Shown here one piece after another: positions 53,147 to 64,000 of a stretch of 64,000 nucleotides of DNA (its first letter is position 1; every line of letters begins with the position of its first letter). The stretch is from Octopus sinensis (taxonomy: Eukaryota). The DNA lies in contig NW_021834790.1 of the NCBI RefSeq assembly GCF_006345805.1, positions 1 to 64,000 of the forward strand. The letters are read 5' to 3'. A model generated the notes under the pieces. It searched no databases, was not told the DNA's origin, and saw nothing but the letters and a program-made list of their open reading frames with translations. A program made the translations under genes and the position numbers.

Positions 53147-53598
53147 AAATCAAACTCTTCCCTTCTTAATGAAGTATTGCTTTGGCTAATGTAGTCAGTG
53201 ATGTCACTAAAAATGATGAGATGGTCACAGGCGGAACGTCTTTGGTGATAGATCTGCTTGATGAAGTCCAACTTGTATAGGACACCGCCATTCTATCTTT
53301 TAGTCAACGAGAGACTAATGGCCGGATCCGATACATAGTAATGTTTAGTCATGTTTTCGACTCGCTTTTACAAGAAAATAATATTATTATTTCTTTTAAA
53401 CCTTTGTATGCTACGCAATGTGTCCCTTCTTTTACATTGTATACCGTGTATACCTTTTTTATCATTTCATTATATGTAAACCCCAAAACTTTATATCTCT
53501 CTTTGTATTGCCCCCCTCATCCTTCACTCTTGTGGAAAATAAATGAAATCATCGTCATCATCTTTATCATCATCATCATCATTATTATTATTATTATT

Positions 53599-53861
53599 GA
53601 TTGAGAGAGCAGTGCATGCCATCAAAGTGACGCTGGGGTAAAATATACGAAGCCCAGTATACTCATCATGACTACCCGTCTGATAAGGGTACACCAGATA
53701 CATGCATCACAACCATGTGTGCGCGACATGGGGATCTCATATCAAGACAAACAGCACATGGCCTTGCAGGTTGGGCCCAATTAGAATTTTCTTCTGGTCG
53801 AGTAACCCATCCCGTTCCAAAGGTCCCTGAAAAAGGGTTGTTTAAGGATGTTGAACGAAAA
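53599..53861 (-). mobile_element. Probable LINE 3' UTR fragment inserted in (TTA)n
   Basis: A ~260-bp non-microsatellite block bounded on both sides by (TTA)n. The LINE identity is inference from that architecture. Confidence 0.45.
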
Positions 53862-53880
53862 ATTATTATTATTATTATTA

Positions 53881-53924
<44 letters not shown>

Positions 53925-54110
53925 GGCGGCGAGGTGGCAGAATCTTTAGCACGTCCATCTTCACATTCTGTGTTCAAATTCCGCCAAGGTCGACTTTGCT
54001 TTTCATCCTTTCGGGGTCGATAAATTAAGTACCAGTGAAACACTGGGGTTCCATGTAATCGAGTCATCCTTTCGCCTAAAATGTCTACCCCTGTGGCAAA
54101 ATTTGAAACC
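53925..54110 (+). mobile_element. SINE family B (tail type 2)
   Basis: B head and core, ending GCAAAATTTGAAACC. Confidence 0.8.
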
Positions 54111-54512
54111 ATTATTATTATTAATCAATTTTAAAAGATTCTGTAAGCATGCGTTCCGAACCGGAGCTCGACTAGAGGCAAAATTAATATCGGTTCTGAT
54201 TGGTCAAATCAATGCATTTTAGAGAACCTTTTCTTGTCTCAACCATTGAAAAGGAAACTTATAAACTCATATATTTAACATGACGTATTCCTCTTCACTT
54301 TCGCTGTACATGCGAGCCAAACGGATGTTCTTTCTTTTTTTATTTTACATTCTTTTCCAAATGCGTTTGATCGAATGGATTCTAGCGTAATGGACGATAG
54401 TGTAACATTTTGCAGAAGGTTATCATTCTATCAAGTATTGGTCTTCTCGAAATCTGTATGCGTTTATATGGATAATTTCTATCTTGTTCTCAATTTAAGG
54501 ATTTAATATCAC

Positions 54513-54554
<42 letters not shown>

Positions 54555-55796
54555 TAATTAAGGGCTAAAGAGGGTTATTCTAAAGCCAAATACACTGTTT
54601 ATCCACTTATAATCCGCTTGTTACAGGAAAATTGAAACTGAAAACGGGCAACTAACTTTAGAAAATTTAAATTTCGTTATCTCTATATTGAATCAATTTC
54701 GGACTTAATCTTATAAAAAGATATATTCTTCTTCAGTAGAAATTTCGATGGGATATAAATAAAATACTCACGTATGATCATGGAAAAAGCACAAGCTAAA
54801 AACATAACTACACTTGAGTACATCATTTATATCTAAAAATAAAATTCTTTGGTCAGCCTCAGAAAACAACGTCCAGACCTTTCGCGCTACAATGTAATGT
54901 TACCAGTCCTCCTGTAGCAAGCATCGAGTTTACTACTAAGCAATATAGGATGAAGTCCCTTACTCTACAGCAAAGGAATTCATCAGGAAGCGTGGGCAGT
55001 ATATTTAAAAACCGTTACGGTTTGCAATATACATCATAATTAAGGGCTAAGAGGGTTATTCTAAAGCCAAAATCATGTTTTATCCACTTATAATCCGCTT
55101 GTTACAGAAAATTGAAACTGAAAACGGGCAACTACACCTTAGAAATTTAAATTTCGTTATCTCTATATGAATCAATTTCGGACTTAATCTTATAAAAAGA
55201 TATATTCTTCTTCAGTAGAAATTCGATGGATATAAATAAAATACTCACGTATGATCATGGAAAAAGCACAAGCTAAAAACATAACTACACTTGAGTACAT
55301 CATTATATCTAAAAATAAAAATTCTTTGGTCAGCCTCAGAAAACAACGTCCAGACCTTTCGCCGCTACAAATTGTAATGGTTACCAGTCCTCCTGTAGCA
55401 AGCATCGAGTTTACTACTAAGCAATATAGGATGAAGTCCCTTACTCTACAGCAAAGGAATTCATCAGGAAGCGTGGGCAGTATATTTAAAAAAACCGTTA
55501 CGGTTGCAATATATCATTATAATTAAGGGCTAAAGAGGGTTATTCTAAAGCCAAATACACTGTGTTATCCACTTATAATCCGCTTGTTACAGGAAAATTG
55601 AAACTGAAAACGGGCAACTAACCTTAGAAAATTTAAATTCGTTTATCTCTATATTGAATCAATTTCGGACTTAATCTATAAAAAGATATATTCCTTCTTC
55701 AGTAGAATTTCGATGGGATATAAATAAAATACTCACGTATGATCATGGAAAAAGCACAAGCTAAAAACATAACTACACTGAGACATCATTATATCT
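54555..55796. repeat. Tandem array, ~482-bp unit, 2.6 copies
   Basis: Units start TAATTAAGGGCT at 54555, 55037 and 55520; copies differ almost only by single-base indels. Confidence 0.95.
55249..55308 (-). CDS. Candidate 60-nt phase-1/phase-1 exon encoding a hydrophobic segment (IMMYSSVVMFLACAFSMII)
   Basis: Acceptor AATTTTTATTTTTAG and donor TAC|GTGAGT. Homologous positions are 61 nt in copy 1 (54772-54832) and 58 nt in copy 3 (55737-55794, which lacks the pyrimidine tract). Confidence 0.35.
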
Positions 55797-55805
55797 CAAT
55801 ATATA

Positions 55806-55876
<71 letters not shown>

Positions 55877-56035
55877 GTGATATTAAATCCTTAATTGAGA
55901 ACAGAGATAGAAATTATCCATATAAACGCATACAGATTTCGAGAAGACCAATACTGATAGAAAGATAACCTTCTGCAAAATGTTACACTATCGTCCATTA
56001 CGCTAGAATCCATTCGATCAAACGCATTTGGAAAA

Positions 56036-56080
<45 letters not shown>

Positions 56081-56084
56081 ATAT

Positions 56085-56147
<63 letters not shown>

Positions 56148-56272
56148 ATGTGTGTGGTGGTGTGTATGTATATATGATGTATATATTTATTTATATATAT
56201 ATAAAATATATATATATACATACATACATACATACACACACATATATATGTATGTGTTATGTATATATACAG

Positions 56273-56309
<37 letters not shown>

Positions 56310-56385
56310 CATACATGCATGCATACATACTAATACATATATAACATACATACATATAATATACACACACACACACACACACACA

Positions 56386-56432
<47 letters not shown>

Positions 56433-56996
56433 GATATATATATATATATACATATAATATATATATTAATCTCAAAATCTCATATTCTTACCTTTATTAG
56501 TATAAATAAAGTTGTTATAATGTATATTGGCCCTTTATTCATTTATCCATTTTGATCTACATTACGAATAAGGTTTTGAAGTATAATTGCTTCTATCCTG
56601 CCTGCAATTCCGGTTTAAACTGCAATTCGGCACGCAAAACCAAACGAGTTAAACACTTTGATGTTAAAAAATGTAGCCAATTCTTTAGAAATAATAGAAC
56701 ATGTATAATCTTTAAAAGGGTTAGACTATCAGCGTAAGAGCGCTTTCTTTATAGATCTATTGAATCTGGGATAACTTACATCACACGTAATTTGTTTTCA
56801 ACTTTTTTTTCTGATATCACATCATCTGCACTGATTAAATCCTGTCATTACTGCCTAATCAAGGCTATCGGGCTAAAGCTAAAACATGAAAACATCTCCC
56901 GATCTCTCCTTCTCATCCCCGCTACTTGCGCAATGTTGTCAAGTGCGGAAATCCTGAATCTTGCTAGGCCCTGGCACTATTAGGCCACAAAACCAG

Positions 56997-57128
56997 TGCT
57001 TACCAGCCACATGGTTCCGGGTTTAGTCCCACTGCGTGGCATCTTGGGCAAGTGTCTTCTACTATAGCCTCAGGCCGACTAAAGCCTTGTGAGTGGATTG
57101 GTAGACGGAAACTGAAAGAAGCCCGTCG

Positions 57129-57187
<59 letters not shown>

Positions 57188-57435
57188 ATGTGTGTGTGTG
57201 TATGTGTGTGTGTGTGTGTGTGTGTTTATATGTTTGTGTTTGTTCCTCCCAACATCGCTTGACAACCGATGCTGGTGTGTTTACGTCCCCGTAACTTAGC
57301 GGTTTGGCAAAAGAGACCGATAGAATAAGTACTAGGCTTACAAAGAATAAGTCCTGGGGTCGATTTGCTCGACTAAAGGCGGTGCTCCAGCATGGCTGCA
57401 GTCAAATGGCTGAAACAAGTAAAAGAGTAAAAGAG
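56997..57435 (+). mobile_element. SINE family A, 5'-truncated
   Basis: Matches the consensus. Confidence 0.9.
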
Positions 57436-57479
57436 TAAACTTTTCCCTTTTATTCTACGGAGATCCCCCCTAATCGAAT

Positions 57480-58010
57480 AATGTGCCACATTGCCCTCAG
57501 AGGTAAATTTTGTTACAGTGCCAATTTCTGTCGACGTCATTTCCAGCGTCTCAACGATATTTAATACAGAAATCTTAAGGGATCTACTCTTTCGTTACCC
57601 GGAGTTTCTCTCTCTTTTCACTAATCCGTTGCTGAGACAGATCTACTGCTGACTCGAACTTCTACCAACTACACCAGTTGTTTTAAACTTTTGAAACCTT
57701 CAACGAAGTCAATGCAAAATTTTTCGATTATATATGGAATGTGAATGCCAAAACGATCCATCCATCTCCAATGTTTTTTGATAGGAAGTTACCTTTCAGC
57801 TTACTTCAGAAGAAGGAGCTTTGATTGTCCTGCTTTCTTCTCCCTCTTGTCTGTTTTCTTCCCGCTTTCTGTCAAGTCTACGGCGCCTAATGGTTTGGTT
57901 ATATCTCCACTACTTCTTTATTCTAACGATTTTCTTGTTCGCACTTCTAACAACACTTTATTGCAGATGCTTTAGCACATCATTCCTTCTTAGACTTTCA
58001 CTCACACAGA
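57480..58010 (+). pseudogene. CR1/Jockey-type LINE reverse transcriptase relic
   Basis: Frameshifted motifs in order: VPISVDVISSVSTIFN (RPISLLS..SK.FE), RSTAD, AKFFDYIWN (KAFD.VWH), APNGLVISPLLLYSNDFL (GVPQGSVLSPTLFL.YINDL), IADA (YADD). Confidence 0.55.
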
Positions 58011-58437
58011 CGTAATATCTATTTAACCTGACACCTCATGTCAAACTTATACCACCTTCAGGAATACACTTCGACCCCATCTTTCAACGAGGACATGTCA
58101 AGTTGCCCGTTTCCTTCAACATTACAAGCACACAATCAGTTGTTAGGATGTTTCATTGGTGCATTATTCTGTTGTTCATACAACAGAATAATGCATCAAC
58201 GAAGGCATCTCTACGTAGTTGTTCAACTTACTATAAACAGCAATCTTAAGTCCTTCAAATCAAATCATAATATCTTAGAATATGGAAGGATAAATTGAAT
58301 GGAGAATTATACAATTTCTCAGGAGAGGACGGCATCGTTGAGGCTGGCGCCTTTGGTGGTAAGCCTGCTGTCAGATTCGATATTGTCTCAAGGGCAATGA
58401 CAACGACAATAGCAGAAAAAGCAGAAGCACAACAGCA

Positions 58438-58847
58438 TGGAGACGCAATGGCCCAGTGGTTAGGGCAGCGGACTCGCGGTCGGAGGATCGCGGTTTCGAT
58501 TCCCAGACCGGGCGTTGTGTGTGTTTATTGAGCGAAAACACCTAAAGCTCCACGAGGTTCCGGCAGGGGGTGGTGCCGACCCCTGTTGTACTCTTTCGCC
58601 CCAACTTTCTCTCACTCTTTCTTCCTGTTTCTTGTCCCCGACTTCCTACGCAACCGCTGAGCCTTTATGCGCATTCATCCATCCGTCGATGCTCTCGGCG
58701 TCTGGGGTCGACCTGCTTTCTCTTCTGCGGGTCTTACAAATAGCAAAGGACCACGTTTCGGACTTCTCTCATCTTGCGAGCTCTGGGACGAAGACCGTTC
58801 GCTCAACAGCAATAGCAACAGCAACATCAGCAACAGCAACAATAACA
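58438..58847 (+). mobile_element. SINE family C, tail type 1
   Basis: Same 3' half as 4134-4487 with a ~30-nt insertion; (CAA/CAG)n tail. Confidence 0.9.
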
Positions 58848-58861
58848 ACAATACATCAAGA

Positions 58862-59119
58862 TAAAAAATAATAAATGCGCCTTTTTAAAGCCTAGCCTGG
58901 CTCATGATCCCGGTTTCCAGTTTCTATGGCGTATGTTCCCCCAGCTGGACGGGACGCCAGTCCATCGCAGCATTACGCATTTTTGCCAGCTGAGTGGACT
59001 GGAGCAACGTGAAATGAAGTGTTTTGCTCAAGAACACAACGCGTCGCCCGGTCCAGGAATCGAAACCACAATATTACAACCATGATGCTGACACCCTAAC
59101 CACTAAGCCACGCGCTTCC
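58862..59119 (-). mobile_element. SINE family D, full length with 14-bp TSD
   Basis: TSD ACAATACATCAAGA at 58848-58861 and 59120-59133; A box TGGCTTAGTGG and B box TTTCGATTCC. Confidence 0.9.
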
Positions 59120-59281
59120 ACAATACATCAAGAAGACAACTAAAATCTTCAAAGTTACTACAAATGACAGGTTTTAAGGTTTTATAATTCTTCACATTAC
59201 CTTCCTCACCTCAAAATTTCGGGCTTTGTATCTAAATCAGAAACCCTTATCACGCAGCGACTAACATCTATAGTATTACCA

Positions 59282-59505
59282 AGGCGGCGAGCTGGCAGAA
59301 ACGTTAGCGCACCGGGCTTAGCATTATTTCGTCTTTCTTTACGTTCTGAGTTCAAATTCCGCCGAGGTCGACTTTGCCTTTCATTCTTTCGGGGTCGATA
59401 AGTTAAGTACCAGTTACGCACTGGGGTCGATGTAATCGACTTAATCCCTTTGTCTGTCCTTGTTTGTCCCCTCTGTGTTTAGCCCCCTGTGGGCAGCAAT
59501 GAAAA
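59282..59505 (+). mobile_element. SINE family B, full length
   Basis: Matches the consensus; TATTACCAA is duplicated on both flanks. Confidence 0.9.
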
Positions 59506-60549
59506 ATATATATTACCAAAAGCGTCAATTTTGTCTTCCGATCCACAAAATAGTTCCACTTTCAACAACTGTTGACCAACTACAAATATGTGAGGATACT
59601 TATTACACCGTATTTGACCTGGTGCAGATACTCTGTACTCTACCATTGCTGGCTAATGTATATTTTACCACAGTATGGCCACTGATCGTTAGTTAAATTG
59701 GGGAGCCTTTACATGGTTGCTAAATGATGACAGAAATAGCTATCGTATCTCTCTGGAAACGCGCTTAAGAAATAAAATAGTACATTGTATAATACACGGT
59801 CTAAGACGGGATGGTCATAGTTGGAATACTTTTCATCAAAATTCTGATGAGTTATGGATGACCTGGGGCTTGACAATAATAAACAGCAAACCAGCAAAAG
59901 TTCATGAAAACAAATGCAATTACCAGCTAGAAATAGCAGCTAAATTTTACCATACATCACCTAATCCTAGATTTCCAATATAGGTAATATTGACATGGCT
60001 GTTATACGCGGCATTGTATGATCGCAATCCCTTACAAACTCTGGTTCACAAAGTCATTGACTTAACATTCTGTCTCTTCTATGGATATTACGAATAATAG
60101 AACAGAAAGCAATGGAATAATATGGGAGGGTTTGCAAAGGTTATAGGCGCCTCTTTTCTTCCTTGGACTAAAATATCAATGAAAAAAAATATCGACTACT
60201 ATACTATATGTTCGTGTGTGAGTATGTATGTATATGTCTAAGTAAATCTGAATTTATTTATATATATATATATAATATATATTATATATATAATTTATAT
60301 ATATTATATATATATATATAGATATATAGATAGAGACAGATGATAAATAGATAGATAGATAAATAGATGGGTAGATAGATAGGTTTATAGATGTGCGTGG
60401 ATGTAAGCATGTATAGTGTGTGTTTGTGTGTTTGTGTGTGTGCATGCATGTATGTATGTACTCATAAAGACAGACAGTGAGAGATGATAGGAGAGAGTGC
60501 TGGAGCGATTTTTAACTTTTCACCCTGTAAGCACATGCATATATAGTCG

Positions 60550-60605
<56 letters not shown>

Positions 60606-60704
60606 CTAACACGCGTGCGTACACATAAGTATGTGTGCGCATGTAGCTCTTTGGTTTTAGCCATCCTCTCTAAAGCAATATTCTTTATCCTAGATAATAT
60701 TTTA

Positions 60705-61198
60705 TTAATAGGAATAACCTTTATAATGAACAGATTTTTTTGCTTGTAACAAACATTTCTTCCGAAAGCATAGAATTTTGGAGTTCTGAAACTGATGAAT
60801 TTTTCGAAGACGTCTCTGCTGCAGCTTGGTTATTGAAGACACTCTTTTGCAACAAGTTATCAAGGAATCGTGTTAATCGGTCTGAGAGAGGCTTGGAGAG
60901 TAAGCTGGTAAGCGGAATAACTTCGTTGAGGTAATGTTCTGTAACCCCGATCGCTCAATTTCTGCAGTGACGTTCGTTTATACGTTGTCGATCGACTAAT
61001 GGTGGATGCGAACGATGCAATTGTCGAGGTATTTCGTTGATTTCTTGGCAAGTCTTCTTAGTGTTCAAGAAAGAGTAGTCGAGGATACAAGTAGCCAGCG
61101 TCCAAGCAGTGACCAAAACCTTCTTTCGATGTAGCTTCGGATTATAGAAGTGTTCTGGTGCTTCATCTTCTCTCAGTTGTTTGCAAAGAACGCAGTCT
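60705..61198 (-). mobile_element. Mariner transposase relic (catalytic and C-terminal region)
   Basis: Frameshifted motifs: DEAPEHFYNPKLHRKKVLVTAW (APKHFPKPKLHQKKVMVTVWW), LQKLSDRGYRTLPQRSYS (LQKLNELGYETLPHPPYSPD), RFLDNLLQKSVFNNQAAAE. Confidence 0.75.
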
Positions 61199-61199
61199 C

Positions 61200-61358
61200 T
61201 TATTTCTTTATTGCCCACAAGGGGCTAAACACAGAGGGGACAAACAAGGACAGACAAACGGATTAAGTCGATTACATCGATCCCAGTGAGTAACTGTTAC
61301 TTAATTTATCGACCCCGAAAGGATGAAAGGCAAAGTCGACCTCGGCGGAATTTGAACT
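61200..61358 (-). mobile_element. SINE family B, 5'-truncated
   Basis: Reverse complement of the core plus tail type 1. Confidence 0.88.
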
Positions 61359-61583
61359 ATCGCCTTCATATCACGAATCCATTCTCATTTCATGTCACAA
61401 TGTGATCAAGAAATGAATAATTTCATTGCACAAAAGAAACCCTGAGCAGACTTCATGCAACATCCATCTGTCGAGCACCTTTTGATAATCCATGGCAAAG
61501 TAAATATCAACTGTTGAATGGCTAATGTTTCTACGACCCTCGGCTGTATTCTGCTTCAGAAATGGCACTAAATTGACACTCAC

Positions 61584-61640
61584 CTGTTATCTCCCTTATC
61601 TTCAAGACTCTCTTTTCCATCACGAAGTTATGGGAACCAG
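61584..61640 (-). CDS. Candidate 57-nt phase-1/phase-1 exon (GSHNFVMEKRVLKIREIT), or a 5' UTR exon
   Basis: Acceptor TTCATTGTTTAG and donor CAG|GTGAGT; only the phase-1 frame is open; lies in non-repetitive sequence. Confidence 0.4.
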
Positions 61641-62000
61641 CTAAACAATGAATGCATTCATTGACAGTCCTCTGGTCAAATACTCAGTTGATATTGCGAG
61701 CAGTTTCTGTTGTTTGGGATGTCATTATGAATTCAAACAATAAAATCACTCGAATCGTTTCTTTTTTCGTGTCCATATTTGTTTTCTTTTTATGTTGTTT
61801 TTTGCATCTTTAATTTAATAGTCTAAAATAAACAAGAGCAAACAGCGAATGTAAGCTATTAGCATAAATCAATAGACCGAAACTTACGTCGCAAAACTGT
61901 AAATTACATGAATATATTTAAAAGAGGTTTATTTCAAAAGAAGCATCAAGGTTTAAAATAACAAAAACTGCAATCAAATTTGTACAACTTTATATATATA

Positions 62001-62081
<81 letters not shown>

Positions 62082-62464
62082 GTGTGTGTGTATGTGTGGG
62101 TGCGATGGGTGTGAGTGCGTAAATAGTCGTATTCATAAATACATATACATGCACAAACACACACACACACATGCCTATATGTAAGATAGCACAAATGTAA
62201 TTGCTCTTTCGTTATATATATATATATACACACATATATATACATACTTACATACATATATAAATATATATATAGACGTATATGTGTACATATATATATA
62301 TATACACTATATTTATATACATATACGCATATAAATATACACATATATACATGTATATATATTCATATATGTGTATACGGCGATATAATATGCTAAATGT
62401 AAGAAACTGCTCTCTTCAGCTTGTAATATACATCTATTTTTTCTTGTGTATTCCGTCGTGTGTG

Positions 62465-62508
<44 letters not shown>

Positions 62509-62934
62509 GTGTGTGTGTATGTGTGTTTCGATTGGAGATAGAGCTCTAAGCGAATTCGGTGAACAATCGATCTGTTGAATTACAGAGTGTCCAAAAATGT
62601 GTTTCCACCAAAAGCCTATCAGCACTAATGATTATAATAGAAGCATCTTTTGCACGTATATAGTTGTTGTTTTCATATGTAGAATAAACAAATAGTAATT
62701 CGAACGCTACCTGGATTCCTAAGAATAACGTAAAATAAACAGTGCTTTCCTAATGATTTAGAACCGAAATGGTTGATGCAATTTCTATAGCCCTGCTGTG
62801 CTGATCTCCTTCCACAACGACGCTGCTTACATATGGCCCATGGAGGTCCATGTAAGATTTTGTTGTTAAAATGTATGTGCAATGAATTGGTTATGCTTCT
62901 ATATTTCACAAAATGCTTTCAACAATTTTGATAC

Positions 62935-63334
62935 ATAGACGTGGTTGTGTGGTAAGAAGCTTACTTCCTAACCACGTGGTTCCAGGTTCACTCCCACTCT
63001 GTGGCTACTTGAGCAAGCGTCTTCTACTATATATTTCTTTATTGCCCACAAGGGGCTAAACATAGAGGGGACAAACAAGGACAGACAAAGGGATTAAGTC
63101 GATTACATCGACTCCAGTGCGAAACTGGTACTTTATTTATCGACCCCGAAAGGATGAAAGGCAAAGTCGACCTCGGCGGAATTTGAACTCAGAACGTAAC
63201 GACAGACGAAATACCGCTCAGCATTTCGCCCGGCGCGCTAACGTGTCTGCCAGCTCGCCGCCTTCTACTATAACCTCGGCCCGATCAAAGCCTTGTGAGT
63301 GGATTTGCTCGGCGGAAACTGAAAGAACCCTGTC

Positions 63335-63340
<6 letters not shown>
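62935..63340 (+). mobile_element. SINE family A split by a family B insertion
   Basis: The A head runs to 63031 and resumes at 63263. Confidence 0.85.
63032..63262 (-). mobile_element. SINE family B, full length, nested in family A
   Basis: TSD (C)TTCTACTATA at 63021-63031 and 63262-63272. Confidence 0.92.
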
Positions 63341-63371
<31 letters not shown>

Positions 63372-63928
63372 GTGTCTTGAATGGCGCGACAATGCACTAT
63401 AATAACAACAGTGGACTATAATAACTGTTATAATTTAATTATCCAGAGTCTGATATAATAATGATATTTCAGTATACAAAAATTCCTTCTTCAGATATCG
63501 CTAGGAATTATTCGAGTCACTACGACAATCGGTTTTCCAACGTTTGCTAAATTTTTATTCCGCAAGCGTCTCTGTAGTGGTCTCGCGAAGCTCCTTCCGG
63601 GATTCCTCATGAGAAGTGCGTGAGCGGCTATGTGTCTCAAGCTCGTATGTGTTGGCACATCCTCAGCGCTGCTTCTAAGTTATGTATTATACGTGCAGTT
63701 TCTTTTTTTTCCTCATTTCCTTTTTTTAATAATTAATGAGCATATTATCAAAAATGGACCTACACGCATTCAGATGTAGCTAAATAATATATTGATTACC
63801 AACCTCCAGCTGGTTGCTAATTTGGGGTCCTAGTCTGTCTACGAGGATAGATTCCTTAATTCTTAGATTACCCAAATTTCTTTCACTAGTCTCAATTCTG
63901 ATTGTTATGCTATTGTTGGTGTTCCAGC

Positions 63929-63977
<49 letters not shown>

Positions 63978-64000
63978 CTATCTATCTATCTATATATATA

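Larger units (their letters stand above)
54349..56039. repeat. 165-bp inverted repeat (54349-54513 / 55876-56039) enclosing a tandem array
   Basis: The arms differ mostly by 1-bp indels and each abuts (TA)n. Confidence 0.9.

Noticed and set aside
54960-54990. CUGAUGA on the minus strand of the 482-bp unit (also CUGAUGA at ~25856 and ~59845)
   Set aside because: No GAAA follows the potential stem II, so the hammerhead core is incomplete.
59717-59983. 88-aa ORF
   Set aside because: It overlaps degenerate dispersed-repeat sequence also seen near 36410-36500 and 39540-39700; there is no domain signal.
62789-62860. Plus-strand AG...GTAAGA exon candidate
   Set aside because: The donor lies in a repeat block shared with the hAT-like MITE at 37077.

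Overview
AT-rich, microsatellite-saturated eukaryotic DNA. The repeat content (four tRNA-derived SINE families, long (TACA)n/(TA)n/(TCTA)n/(TAA)n tracts) looks like a coleoid cephalopod, probably Octopus; this is inference from repeat style, not a database match. There is no intact protein-coding gene, RNA gene or CRISPR array, and almost all long ORFs in the track are microsatellite translations. Supportable coding relics are all transposon-derived: a decayed Penelope-like retroelement with RT and C-terminal GIY-YIG (6961-8743) capped by a perfect 35-bp 5' hairpin, two mariner transposase fragments, two families of restriction-like-endonuclease (R4/Dong/NeSL-type) LINE 3' ends embedded in microsatellites, and a CR1/Jockey-type RT relic. 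Non-autonomous elements include about 40 SINE copies (several with clear TSDs, nesting and swapped tails), Tc1-, piggyBac- and hAT-type MITEs, several long fold-back hairpins and a probable complete non-autonomous Helitron (48853-50306). The most unusual observations are: (i) a three-copy repeat carrying a variant minimal hammerhead-ribozyme-like motif; (ii) a ~482-bp tandem triplication enclosed by a 165-bp inverted repeat that contains a candidate 60-nt hydrophobic exon (real or long-read artefact); and (iii) two phase-1 minus-strand exon candidates that splice in frame. The SINE family labels A-D are my own. Coordinates of degenerate repeats are approximate (about +/-10 nt).
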